64,000 bases of DNA from Eledone cirrhosa (taxonomy: Eukaryota). The notes under the pieces are model-generated. The model saw only the letters and a list, made by a program, of their open reading frames with translations, ran no database searches and was not told where the DNA came from. Of the stretch, positions 37,700 to 50,019 are shown piece after piece. The stretch is from positions 223,572,001 through 223,636,000 of the forward strand of contig OZ024741.1 in NCBI GenBank assembly GCA_964016885.1, read 5' to 3'. The position numbers and the translations under genes are program-made. Position 1 is the first letter of the stretch; the number at the start of each line of letters is the position of its first letter.

Positions 37700-38400
37700 T
37701 AGCCATATAATAATGAAACAAAGCACAAAAGTAACTGTAGAATATGTGGAGATAGGGAAGAAACAATCAACCACATAGTCTCTGGATGTCCAGCTCTAGC
37801 CAAAAAAGAATATATCCACAAGCATGATAGAGTTGAAACCGTCATACACTGGAAATTATGCCAGCATTATGAAATACCAACAGAAAAAAGATGGTACAAA
37901 CATACACCAGAAAAAGTGTCATAGAATGACAAAGCAACCATTCTCTGGGATATGCCAATAAATACAGACAAAGAGATCAAGGCCAACCGACCAGATATAG
38001 TTAAAGACCACAAAGAAAAAAATGCCTTCTAATAGATGTATCTATCCCCTCAGACAACAATATAGAGAAAATCTCCAAATATAACGATCTAGAGATAGAA
38101 ATAACTTGAATGTGGAAAATTAAAACAGAAACAATACCTATAATAATAGGTGCTCTGGGAATGCTAAATAAACACACAGACAAATACATAGCCCAAACCC
38201 CAGGACTTACAAATATATACAGCATACAAAAAGTAGCACTACTAGGCACTGCACACATTACGAAAAGTACCATCGATACAATAGAAACAACATCAGCAAA
38301 AAGTTTCTCTGCTCATACCCAAGGCATACAGAGCTGTACTTGGTTAAACAGTAATGATGTGCAATAAAAATAATAATGGAAATAATAATGATAATAATAC
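37700..38400 (+). mobile_element. R4/Dong-like non-LTR retrotransposon 3' end (CCHC plus restriction-like endonuclease)
   Basis: CRICGDREETINHIVSGC..HD..ILWD..NRPDIV..LIDVSIP..KY.DL..IPIIIGALG..QKVALLGT; (TAA)n tail. Confidence 0.85.
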
Positions 38401-38685
38401 TAACTGCCCCTCTTTCGTCCTTTGACCCTTTCTTACTGTATCCATAATGTCTCCCTCTCTCAACGATCTAAGAGAGAGAGAGATGGATACAGTAAGAAAC
38501 AGCCAATGGGCGAAAGAAGAGTTGTGCTGTGTTGGCTTTGTATTATCTTAAAATTATTATATGGCTACGACAAATGTAGTGTTAGAACCCATGATCTTGT
38601 GATTGGAAAGCAAACTTTTTGTAGCAACATACTGAGATAGAAAATGTACGGAGTGTATATGAGTGTGTGTAAATGTTATTTATAT

Positions 38686-39012
38686 AGTCCGTTCTTCCAT
38701 GCTAGCATGGGTTAGACAGGTTGTCCTGTTGTGGGCAGTGTCCAGTCAGCCGACCATGTCTTGCTCATATGGGAACTGATTCTGGCTTGATTTCTACAGC
38801 TGGATGCCCTTCCTAACACCAACCTCATTTACAGTGAGTGCTGGGAGCTTTTTTTCTGTGGCGCCTACACGCCCACTTTACAGTGTGGGCTGGGTGCTTT
38901 TTTGCCGTAGCACCTCCACGACCACTTTGCAGTGGGAGGGGGTGGGGGCATATTGTCTATATGCTTCAGCTTCGGTTTGAACCCGTGGGAAGTCGGGTCT
39001 TCTGTATTACTG
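38686..39012 (-). mobile_element. Composite SINE / RTE 3'UTR
   Basis: Same family as 47163-47540 and 47755-48243. Confidence 0.8.
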
Positions 39013-39018
39013 CTGAGA

Positions 39019-39760
39019 CTATAGACGTCCATCTAGTTTTCCAAATGCACCACTTGCCTTCTTGATTCGGAGAGAAATTTCATCATCCAGATTATTGGTC
39101 ATATTCACAGTACTGCCTAAATACATAAATTTATCCATGTCTTTCAATCTCTGGCCATACACATATATGCTTGGTGCAGTGTAAGCATTGCCTGGTGCAG
39201 GTGGGTACATAATCATGGTCTTTTTCAGACTGATTGATAGGCCCAATGTGCTGTATGCTTTCGAGAAAAAGTCCATGAGATGTTGCATGTCACTCTCGGG
39301 GTGTGCAACAAGATCACAATCATCAACATACAGGAATTCATGTATTAGTGATATAAATAGCTTCATTCTGGCAGTGAACCCTCTGACATTGAATATTTTA
39401 CCTTGTTCGATATCTAATGTAGAATCCATGTGAGCAACCTTCAAAAGCCATCAAGAAAACCACAGAAAAGTACAACACAAACAGTCAGCGCTGAAATGTC
39501 TCCTTGCTCAACACCATTTTCAACCATACTGGGATCAGAGAGTTTACTACCCACGTTATCACGTGTCTTTATTTCATCATGGAAATTTCTCAGCACAAAT
39601 TTATCAGACCATCCTCTGGTCAATGCATTTCTCCTGCAGCTGTCTCACCATAAAGATCATGTTGTCCCCCTATCATTTCTGAAACTACACTAAGATTCAA
39701 AAAGGATTTCATCAGTGATGTAAAGACCTCTCTTTGCACGAATGATCATGGGATTTACAC
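39019..39760 (-). mobile_element. BovB-like RTE RT fragment
   Basis: NGVEQG, EFLYVDDCDL, GLSISLKKT, FMYLGS, RIKKASGAFGKL. Confidence 0.8.
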
Positions 39761-40025
39761 CTAGAAAGTTCCTCTCTGAGACACAAGCCTGGGTAAGGTA
39801 TGTTTGTGGAAAAGCAGCAGTGCTCCATGCATACCAGTCTCTCCTCTCCACGCCACCGACGTCATCCAAGGGAAAGACAAAGGCTGATACAGCTTGGCAC
39901 CTATGACGTCACAACTCATTTCTACAGCTGAGTGAACTGGAGCAACGTTAAATAAAGTGTTTTGCTCAAGGACACAGCACATCACCCAGTCCAGGAATTC
40001 AATGTGCTAACCACTAAGCAACGCA
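39760..40025 (-). mobile_element. CORE-type SINE (second family)
   Basis: CORE domain plus tRNA-head remnant. Confidence 0.75.
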
Positions 40026-40515
40026 CTGTCATACACATGCATGCACACATAGTGTAGAGGCAAAAGTGCACGAGGCGAGTGCTCTGCCTGAAGTATAATA
40101 CATAAAAATAGTCTTACATTCTAAATATGAGGAGTAGAAAAAAAAACTTCAATCAAATGAGCCTATCATCCCAATGTCAAGACTGAAATGTTCTTTAGGG
40201 GTGTTCAGATCACGAAAAACATTAAAATGTTCTTCAAAACTTGGATTAGCTTAGGCTATAGTAATTCTCTCTCTTGTTTTTCGTGTCTTAAAAGGAGTTT
40301 ATGTTTGGGGATTGCAAGGATAGTCTCAGTTGATTCAAATTTTGTTTCCACTCGTCATATTCAGAATGCCAGACTATTTATGTTTGTATATTTTTCTTTC
40401 TAAAGTGTTGACTTTTGCGACTATTAATTTACCCTTGTTTGTATGAACAAACACATTGTGTACGTATATATATATATATAATATAAGATCAAAAGATGGT
40501 TAAAAGAGTTCCATG

Positions 40516-40580
40516 TATTTTATTATGTGCATTTCAAAAACAAATATCATCATGAGATGACGTTTTCGTCAGATAAAATA
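40516..40580 (-). ncRNA. Minimal hammerhead ribozyme
   Basis: TATTTTAT-CTGACGA-AAACGTCATC(TCAT)GATGAT..TTT-GAAA-T(GCAC)A-TA|ATAAAATA; perfect 8-bp stem I. Confidence 0.72.
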
Positions 40581-40639
40581 GGGATACATGATATGAAGGT
40601 TAAAAAACACTTGTGAATAGTGCAGTTTTAAATCAACAT

Positions 40640-40642
40640 ATT

Positions 40643-40682
<40 letters not shown>

Positions 40683-40876
40683 AATGAAAAGTATAGAAAT
40701 TATTGTAGCAAGAAGCCAACAGTATTCCATAATATATATACTCACACACATATATATATATATATATACTCACACACACACATATATATACTCACACACA
40801 CACACACATATATATGTGTGTGTGTGTGAGTATATATATATGTGTGTGTGTGAGTATATATATATGTGTGTGTGAG

Positions 40877-40913
<37 letters not shown>

Positions 40914-41159
40914 ATATATATGTGTGTGTGAGATTATATATATAATGTGTGTGAGTGTGTGTGTGAGTATATATATAATGTGTGTGAGTGTGTGTGTGTG
41001 TGAGTATATATATAATTGTTTCTGCTTTAGGCACAAGGCCAGCAATTATCCAGTGCATTACTGGTACTTTATTTTATCGACCCCGTAAGGATGAAAGGCA
41101 AAGTCAACCTCGGCGGGATTTGAACTCAGATCGTAGTGTGTGAGTATGTGTGTGTGTGA

Positions 41160-41222
<63 letters not shown>

Positions 41223-41275
41223 GTGAGTATATATATATAATGTGTGTGAGTATATATATGTGTGTGAGAGAGAGA
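40640..41275. repeat. Compound (TA)n/(CA)n/(TG)n microsatellites with a Nin-SINE fragment (41015-41130, minus)
   Basis: Direct inspection. Confidence 0.85.
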
Positions 41276-42709
41276 ATAAAAAGAAACAAAAATACGATAT
41301 TATAGGATAGACCGATATTTATCAATTGTCACAGATAATTTTTTTGTGTTTCCCCCTTTTATTATTTTGTGTTCAGCTTATATATTGTGTTAGCACACTT
41401 GGATAGTTCTGAATGATATATGGTGAACACAGTTCGGTCTTCTGTCAACTCTGTCGACATGTTAACGTGCCTGGAAACATTTTTGTTTTGTTTCTTACTT
41501 TTCTTTTCTTTTTTACTCGTTGCCATCTAATTTTCTATCCACGAATCAATATTTCTGCGAGTCAGTTCTTCACATAGAATCTCTTGAAAAAGAATTTAAA
41601 ATTCCTTTCCTTTTGCACCACTTTAAAGGTGACTTCGTTCACCATTCGTCATTTCTCTTTCAATACTTAATTTCACTCTATTCTCTCACCCCTACTCTGA
41701 TATTTATTGCTATACTCAGAGCTCGGTTTCCACCTTAACAACCAAGTCTTTAATCTACCACTCTTGTTTTTATTGTTTCATCTCGGTTGGGAAACATTAA
41801 CGTTCTCCCACCCTCTCCTTCGCGCCATCTTTCCTAAACTCCCCTCTCCTTTATCTCATTATTTCTATTCTCAATCTCTAGCATTTTTCGTTTTTTACTC
41901 TGTCTTGTCTTCTTTATAACAATTTCTTTCACTCAAATTTCTCATTGTATACATATAATACACTCCTTGTTTTTCCTATCAAATAGTCTCTCTCTTCCTC
42001 TCTACTATATTCCCTCCTATTTTTCTCTGCAATGTCAACGTAATAAATAGAATTTAACCGATTGACGTTAAATCGACCGACTGACGTTACACAGAAATTA
42101 TTTCCCAATAATCGCATCTTCTGTACCCTCCTCACTTAGTCTAAGATTCTATCGTTCTTTGTTGTTCTTCTTTAGATTACTCGTTTCATCAGAATGACAG
42201 GAGACAGGTCTCCCTTGAGGTACTCTTTTTTTTCTATTACTATTTAAATTCCTATTATTGACTACTTACTGTGTGTAACAATATACACCTTCGCCAACCA
42301 CTTCACGATTTCATATACTCCCCACCTTCTTCCCTAGCCAATGAGAGAACATCTACCCAGTCGTTGGGGCCGTTAGAAATTGACAGCCAAATCTTTCTGA
42401 AAGCTCTGCCATCTTAAAAACTGAAAAGACAGTCTATAATGCGTGAAATGAATGACCGGCTAGGAACTTGGCTCAAAGAAACTATTTTCCGATCTTAGTC
42501 TAAAACAAGTCTGAAATCAGCGATAAAAATATCACTTAAACAAAATTGTATCATGACTGATAATGTGCATACTCTCTATCATGCCAAGAGTGGTCTCTGC
42601 ATTTATATATTTTCTATTACATTTACCCTCACTTGAAAATGTCTCATAAATCAAGCCTTTCTGATTCTCTGGGATCGATGCAGCTGAGGCGATTCGTCTT
42701 GTTCTAGAG

Positions 42710-43329
42710 CAGGGGTCGGCAACTCCCGGCCCGCCAACAGGTTTCAATATTAGGTTAAGCGATCCCTGAAAAAGTGCTCTGAATTATTTGGGATTAGAAT
42801 ACTGACTGGTGAATACGTCTAGCCACAAGACTCACTTAGCTAAGTCAGCGTGTCTGGCATATAGTTATTTCATTTCATCCTCAAAATAGTTCATTTTAGT
42901 TAGCTGTCTGATAGTAAAACATCTGTAAGTGACTATTCGATAATAATGCTTATTTATTTTTCTATATTAAAAGTGTTCAGTATTATTAGAAGTAATTTTT
43001 TTCATTGAACAAATGGCAACCCTGATCTAAATACACTGCCAGGTATTGTGGTTTTGTCACAGTTTATTAAAAATGTCATAGTATTTTATCATATTACTGT
43101 ATTGGTTTTTACATATGTTCTCATTACTTATTTGATATCATGGCCCATCGACGAGACACTGCATAGCTATGTGGCCCGCTGACGAGACGCTGCATAGCTA
43201 TGTGGCCCACTGACGAGACGCTGCATTGCTATGTGGTCCGCTGACGAGACGCTGCATAGCTATGTGGCCCGCTGACGAGACGCTGCATTGCTATGTGGTC
43301 TGCACACCCTAAAAGGTTGCCGAATCCTG
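42710..43329. mobile_element. hAT (Buster/Charlie) MITE with internal 31-bp x5 tandem array
   Basis: TIR CAGGGGTCGGCAAC / GTTGCCGAATCCTG; TSD TTCTAGAG/TTCTAGTG; array at 43141-43300. Confidence 0.9.
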
Positions 43330-43389
43330 TTCTAGTGGGTCATCTCTATGAGATGAATGATTTCCAGTTAGATTTCTGTCTGGCTTTTA

Positions 43390-43715
43390 GAGGACCATGG
43401 GAGTTAATTCATTGGTAGGATTGATTTTTTCCCTGGTGACGCTAATTGTTTGGTAGATACCGTTGTTTCAAGGCTGCCTGGATAACGAATAAACTTGGTC
43501 AACGAGAGGGCCATACTTGCTTGTGCGAATGTTCTTTTGCACAAGAACAAGTCCTAGGTTGAGAAGCCACGACAGCATAAATGTTTCAGTAGCTGAACGT
43601 CTTTGATAGTTGAAGAGAGATTCGTGAGGACTAGCGTTGGTGGACGTACAAAGGAGAGATCTGATTGAATGTAGCACATCTGGTAGAACCATTTCCACGA
43701 ACTGTTATATCGCTC
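43390..43715 (-). mobile_element. Gypsy integrase C-terminal remnant
   Basis: EMVLPDVLHSIRSLLCTSTNASPHE..RTSKYGPLVDQV. Confidence 0.75.
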
Positions 43716-43859
43716 TACTATATATACATACATCTTTTGATTTGAATTATTGATGCTCTGGACAAGCATCAATTGAGCTTTTTTACTGAGAAACATAAGT
43801 ATCATACATATTTTGTATATCTAAAGATATTAGTAAGTAAACAACACAATATATAACTA

Positions 43860-43927
43860 CTCCATTACCAAAGGTTTCAGGACCCTAGACAATATTAACA
43901 TACGTCTAGTTCGCTCATCAGACAGAG
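43860..43927 (-). ncRNA. Hammerhead ribozyme motif with a 3-bp stem III
   Basis: CTCTGT-CTGATGA-GCGAACTAGAC..GTCTAGGGTCCT-GAAA-CC(TTT)GG-TA|ATGGAG; GUA triplet; base of stem II imperfect. Confidence 0.6.
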
Positions 43928-44188
43928 GGGTTATGAAATGAAAATATGAAATGAGATTGAAAGTGAGGCTGGAAAATTAATGGAAAGAAAATATAGAAAA
44001 ATTATATATAAAAATATAAAAATTAGGAAGCACGTGTACATACATACACATATACATATACATGCATTCAAACATTCCGTATATCTTTAAATATACAGTA
44101 TGTTTAATAAATAAACATTTTGAAAGTCCAGCTATGAATATTGAAAGGCTGATGGCTAGCACTATCTAGCGGATTCCAGCTGAAGCAG

Positions 44189-44220
<32 letters not shown>

Positions 44221-44222
<2 letters not shown>

Positions 44223-46838
44223 TCATCATCATCATTTTACGTCTGCTTTTCCCTGCTTGCAAGGGTGGGACGGGTCTTATTCAGCACAGCATCTCTCCAC
44301 TCGTCACGGTCCCTCGTCATCTCCACCGTGAGCTTCAATGATCTGAGATCTGTTCTCACCACCTCCGCCCATGTTTTTCGTGGTCTACCTCTACCACGTC
44401 TTCCTTCAACTGGCAATTCCTGGCACTTCTTCACCCATTGGTCATCCTCCATGCGCATCACATGTCCATACCACCTCAGTCTCCTCTCCCGTACACTACA
44501 TTCTATCCCTCTCAGACACAGTTTCTCTCTCAACACATTTATGCTGGGTTGTTCACGCACATTGACACTCCACATCCAATGGAGCATGCTTGCCTCATTT
44601 CTCTCCAGCCGTTGCATATCCTCTGCAGTTGCTACCCATGTCTCACTACCATGCAGCATCGCGCTCCTCACACAGGCATCATACAACCGGCCTTTCGTAC
44701 GCAGGGAGAAACCCTTCTTCGTCAACAGAGGAAGCAGCTCCCTAAACTTCTTCCAACCCGTCCTTATTCTAGATACTATGGCCTCGGAACACCCTCCTCC
44801 CATGCTAATCTGATCTCCTAGGTACCGGAAGCTATCCACCACTTCTATAGCGCCCTCTTGCATTTGAAAAATGTGTCTATCAGTGCGACTTCTACTGTCT
44901 AATTTCGCTGTACATCTACTGCATACATATTTCTCACTACCTGTTAGTTTGCCTGCTATCCCGTTACATCTCTTGTGTACCCAGGATCTGCATTGTGTGC
45001 ATTTTATAGAATTTATGCCAGTTCTTTTTCTGCATATCGAACATGGCCATTTCCCTGACGGAATCAGGGTTTTGTCCTCTTTTCTACTCATCAACACTTT
45101 TGTCTTAGCTAGACTCACTCTCAGTCCTCTTGATTCCAACTGCTGTTTCCATAGCCAGAATTTATTCTCTAGCTCCTCTACTGATTCTGCTATAAGAACC
45201 AGATCGTCAGCATAGAGAAGTTCCCATGGACAGCCAGTCTTAAACTCCTCTGTTATGGCTTGGAGGACTATAATGAACAAGAGCGGGCTGAGGACCAAAT
45301 CCTGATGTACTCCTACTTGTATCTGGAATTCCTCACTAAACTCCATTCCTACCCTGACTTTACTGAGAGTACCTCTGTACAAAGTTTGCACTGTCCTCAC
45401 AAGCCATTCCTCAACACCTAGCTTCCTTAGGGACCACCAGATGACAGATCGGGGTACCCTATCAAAGGCCTTCTCTAGGTCAACAAAGGCTAAGTATAGT
45501 GGCTTATTCTTCTCTAAGAACCTCTCTTGCAATTGTCTCACCAAGAAGAGGGCATCTGTTGTACTCTTCCCAGGCACAAAACCAAACTGCATCTCATCTA
45601 GTTTGACCCTTTTTCTAATTAGCTGTGCTAAAATCCTTTCTGCCACTTTCATAACCTGATCTATCAGTTTTATACCCCTATAATTGCTCCTCTCCAAAGC
45701 ATCCCCTTTACCCTTGTAGCAATTTATGAGAATACTGCTGCACCAGTCCTTGGGTATGACACCACCATATATAGCCTGATTGATGATGCGTGTAACCAGT
45801 TTAGTGCCTACCTCCCCTGATGCCTTCAGCATCTCAGCAACTATTCCCAATGGTTCGGCAGCCTTACCATTTTTCATTTCCCTAATCGCCTCTTGGACCC
45901 TATATTCGTCAATCTCAATAGCTGGTCCCTCTGTCGGATCAACCAAGGGTAATTTCTCTCTCTCCCATTCGTTCTCCACATTCATCAGTCTCTCATAATG
46001 ACATTTCCAGGCCTCCTTTTTCTGATCATTCGTGACACTAAGTACACCGGCATCATCCCGGACACATTTATCTCCAACAACATCCTGATTTGCATTGACA
46101 CACTGCCTTGCAATGTGGAACACTGCACGCCTCTGATCTTCCCGTTGCAGAACATTGGCAAACCTCCTACTCTCTGCCTCCCTGCGTGCTAAGTACACTT
46201 GACGTCTAGCTTCTCTCTTAGTGGCTGTATATTCTTCCCTACTCCCACCCTTTTTCCAAGCCTTCCATGCTAGTCTTTTGTCTCTAATAGCCTTATCTAC
46301 TGTGCTGTTCCACCACCAGGTCACTCTCTGTCTGGTTGGAGCTCTGCTCCAGCCACAAGTTTCATCGGTAGCCTGCAGCAAGTTGTCACGTAAGAAATTC
46401 CAGTTATTATCTATGTCATACGTCTCTAAATCATCTTCTTTTTCGTCATATACATCTTGAAGGGCTTTCCTAAATTTGTATTTTAGTGAAAGGTCTTTTA
46501 GCTTCCAGACCTTTCTTCTCCACACCTTCCTATATGTCTCATTCCATCTCTTGCTTACTGAGATATCACTAACAACTAACCTATGCTGTGGGGTACATTC
46601 TTCCCCAGGGTATGCCTTGGTATTAGACACTATCTGCCTGTCCTGCTGCCTAACTAGCAGGAAGTCAATCTGGCTTATGTGCTCACCAGATTTGTAGGTT
46701 ATTAGGTGATTGGCAGGTTTCTGGAAGTTTGTGTTGCAAATAGTCAATGTACCCGCATCACAAAATTCAAGAAGTCTCACTCCTTCTTTATTTCTTGAAC
46801 CGTAACCGTGCCCACCATGTACCCCAGTGTAACCATCC
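44221..46838 (-). mobile_element. 5'-truncated, young RTE LINE
   Basis: (ATG)n tail, inserted in (TA)n; single uninterrupted ORF. Confidence 0.95.
44237..46780 (-). CDS. RTE ORF2: partial APE endonuclease, RT (YADD) and PHD finger
   Basis: SQIDFLL..PQHRLVV; NYRGIKL; QFGF; FVDLEKAFD; LLYADD; CSIC..CTQC..H..C..CSRC; FRYLG. Truncated upstream, so the true start is absent. Confidence 0.9.
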   Translation of the reverse strand: MRLLEFCDAGTLTICNTNFQKPANHLITYKSGEHISQIDFLLVRQQDRQIVSNTKAYPGEECTPQHRLVVSDISVSKRWNETYRKVWRRKVWKLKDLSLKYKFRKALQDVYDEKEDDLETYDIDNNWNFLRDNLLQATDETCGWSRAPTRQRVTWWWNSTVDKAIRDKRLAWKAWKKGGSREEYTATKREARRQVYLARREAESRRFANVLQREDQRRAVFHIARQCVNANQDVVGDKCVRDDAGVLSVTNDQKKEAWKCHYERLMNVENEWEREKLPLVDPTEGPAIEIDEYRVQEAIREMKNGKAAEPLGIVAEMLKASGEVGTKLVTRIINQAIYGGVIPKDWCSSILINCYKGKGDALERSNYRGIKLIDQVMKVAERILAQLIRKRVKLDEMQFGFVPGKSTTDALFLVRQLQERFLEKNKPLYLAFVDLEKAFDRVPRSVIWWSLRKLGVEEWLVRTVQTLYRGTLSKVRVGMEFSEEFQIQVGVHQDLVLSPLLFIIVLQAITEEFKTGCPWELLYADDLVLIAESVEELENKFWLWKQQLESRGLRVSLAKTKVLMSRKEDKTLIPSGKWPCSICRKRTGINSIKCTQCRSWVHKRCNGIAGKLTGSEKYVCSRCTAKLDSRSRTDRHIFQMQEGAIEVVDSFRYLGDQISMGGGCSEAIVSRIRTGWKKFRELLPLLTKKGFSLRTKGRLYDACVRSAMLHGSETWVATAEDMQRLERNEASMLHWMWSVNVREQPSINVLREKLCLRGIECSVRERRLRWYGHVMRMEDDQWVKKCQELPVEGRRGRGRPRKTWAEVVRTDLRSLKLTVEMTRDRDEWRDAVLNKTRPTLASREKQT

Positions 46839-47161
46839 TATATATATATTATAAAATTATATGTGGGAAAAATAAACAAGATAAAGAAAAATTTATCAAT
46901 TTACTTCGATGTCCTAACTGCAGTTTTACTGAGTAATTGCACTTTTGAACATTTCAATAAGTTAGGATATTCTCCACCATGAGAAATCTCAGCTCATCAG
47001 CAAACTTCTCAATCAAGAAAAATATTCTTTTGAGTTATCTGCTACCAGCACTAATTTCGAATGGGAGAATTATCATATAATATATGGTCAACAGAAGGGT
47101 AGCAGTAGGTGGACAATGGCAAGTAATTGGGCTAAAATGTATTGAAGATATATCTGTATGT

Positions 47162-47162
<1 letters not shown>

Positions 47163-47192
<30 letters not shown>

Positions 47193-47540
47193 CCGTTTTA
47201 CGTCCGTTCTTCCACGCTAGCATGGGTTAGACGGGTTTTCCTGTTGTGGGCAGTGTCTGGTCGGCTGCCCATGCCTTGCTCATACGGGAACTGATTCTGG
47301 CTTGGTTTCTACAGCTGGATACCCTTCCTAACACCAACCTCATTTACAGTGAGTGCTGGGTGCTTTTTCGTGGCGCCTACACGTCCACTTTACAGTGTGG
47401 GCTGGGTGCTTTTTTGCCATGGCACTTCCACGACCACCTTGCAGTGGGAGGGTGTGGGGGCATATTGTCTATATGCTTCAGCTTGTACCCATGGGAGGTC
47501 GGGTACTCTGTATTACTGCGTGATGGCAGAGGTCACGGTT
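47163..47540 (-). mobile_element. Composite SINE / RTE 3'UTR
   Basis: (CAT)n tail, GGATACCCTTCCTAA domain. Confidence 0.8.
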
Positions 47541-47754
47541 GTGTGTATATATATTAGTATAGACATATAAGGGGATCCAACCATTACCAGTTTTGCTCAG
47601 TGAAGGAATTAATAAAAATCAGTTTGTCAGAGCATAATAAAATTATATTTGGGAAAAGTAAACACAATAAAGAAAAATTTATCAATTTACTTCGATGTCC
47701 TGACTGCAGTTTTACTGAGTAATTGCAGTTTTGAACATTCCAATAAGTTTGGAT

Positions 47755-48243
47755 CAGCTGCATAAAAAGGTGCAGAGCACTAAAAGTCGATGGAAGCCGC
47801 GGAGTGGGGAGACCCAAGAAGACCTGGGATGAGATGATAAAAGCCAACCATACCCAATTGCACCTCTCAAGGGCGATGACACACGACCGTAATACACGAC
47901 AGTAATACAGAAGACCCGACTTCCCATGGGTACAAGCCGAAGCTGAAGCATATAGACAATATGCCCCACCCCTTCCCACTGCAAAGTGGTCGTGGAGGTT
48001 CCACGGCAAAAAAGCACCCAGCCCACACTGTAAAGTGGACGTATAGGTGCCACGGAAAAAAAGCACCCAGCACTCACTGTAAATGAGGTTGGTGTTAGGA
48101 AGGGCATCCAGCTGTAGAAATCAAGCCAGAATCAGTTCCCGTATGAGCAAGACAAGGTCAGCCGACTGGACACTGCCCACAACAGGACAACCTGTCTAAC
48201 CCATGCTAGCATGGAAGAACGAACGTAAAACAGTGTTGATGAT
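47755..48243 (+). mobile_element. PHD-RTE 3' end with SINE-like UTR, inserted in a repeat
   Basis: Interrupts a copy of the 46865-47020 repeat between GGAT and ATTCTCC. Confidence 0.8.
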
Positions 48244-50019
48244 TCTCCACCATGAGAAATCTCAGCTCATCAGGGAATTTCTATTTTTTCTTGATTTATT
48301 TGTGTAACTAATGTCTAATATAGTTATGTGTATATTTGTATCTCTCTGTCTTTGTCCGTGTTTACATCTACACCATTTAGCTACTGGTGCTGTTCATTAT
48401 ATTCTGTAATTTTTGACAAATAGAAATTGATGAAATAAGTACTGTACTTTAAAAAAAAGATGTACTTGCATATGATTTACTGAATCCATTGAAGGTGGTG
48501 TTCTGGCCAGAGTAGTCCAATGAATATAGAGGTTAAGACGCACTGTTTGATAATACTGTTAGTAATTATTATAAGCAGTTTTCACTGTATATATGGAATA
48601 TATTCCCCTAGTTTTTCAGTAATACAAATATATTCTCCTCAGTAATCAATATGTATATCATGTAGTTTAATCTTTTAGCATTTAAACCAGCCATACCCGG
48701 CCAAAATTCTTTCACCACTTTCTGTTCAAACCAGCTGTAACCGGCTGCTCATACTGACATTAAGATATTGTTCTCAAAATAAATAATATCTAAATCTCAT
48801 AAATTCGATATTATGTGAAATAAAACCTTTACCTTGAAAATACAATAATAAATATAGAGTAATTTACGTTATCCACTGAAAGTTCCTTAAACCACTGAAA
48901 GTTCCTTAAACCCCGAAATATTGGACAAATAAAAGAACAACAACAAAACAAAACAAAGATTACCAGGTAACTTTTACTTTTTGTTACCTCATCTTACAGT
49001 CCATTTTGCATTGTTTAGCCTTCTATCTCTTTCAATATTATATATTATATACAATGCTTCAAGCAAACTATAACATTTTATTAAATGTTATAGGGTTAAT
49101 AGAGATGTATATGAAGAGATATATGAAATGTTTATGTGACATAATCACAGCTAAAAACACTCAGAGTGAGAGATATATATGTTTATTATACAAAAATATG
49201 AAGGGTGATGGATTGGCAGAATGCTTTATAGTGTTTACTTCTGGCTCTTTACCCGCCTCTCCACAATTTCTGGCTTTGTATGTAACTAAATTAGAAATCA
49301 TTATAAAGAAACATTGTATATGCCTTCATATACAACTCTATTATGAATCATGTTGTCTTAGTGCTACTGTTAATTAACCGTGTAGTTTTGTTTACATGTT
49401 TTCCACCCTATCTGTTCCAAAGTGTTTTAATATGTAACAAATTGAAACAGTTGAATTGACCTTGAATGACTGAGAAGAATGATGGTGAGAGTGAGGTAGC
49501 TAAAATTAAATATTTATTTACAAGGGCCAAAGAGTTAAATTTGAAAAGCCTGGAACTCAATACATGTTCCTGAGATAAAGAATCTAGCAGTTGTGAATGT
49601 TTCTTTGAAAAGAAACATAAATACTACATAGGCTGCCACAGGGCCTTCATGGATTTTATTGAATTTTATCATGACAATCTGATCTGTGATTGCAGTGACA
49701 GACAGTTTGACATCAAAAAACACTTGACTGAATGTTTAAAGCAGAAATGAAGGCTTTATACAGAAATTCAAGAAAAGATTACCAAAAATGATTTGAAGGG
49801 AAGCAAGATGTCAAGTCCTTTTGTTCATATTTTTGAAATATTTATAGAATTATATATAAAAGCATATAAACTATTGAAAATAATGTGAAAGTAAAAAACT
49901 GACATGCTGACATGGGTTGGTTGGGAATTTTTGAGACAATGTTTTACTACCAGATGTCCTTCCTGACACCAACCCTTTTAGTTGCTCCTTACAATATGCA
50001 GGGATGCAGTGTACCTGTT

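Noticed and set aside
42170-42200. Minus-strand CTGATGA (also ~9604 and ~39708)
   Set aside because: No appropriately placed GAAA/NUH or flanking helices.
43141-43300. CRISPR-like regular repeats (also 60425-60915 and 13242-13392)
   Set aside because: Head-to-tail units without unique spacers, no cas genes, eukaryotic context.
44265-46697. Many plus-strand ORFs
   Set aside because: Antisense shadows of RTE ORF2.
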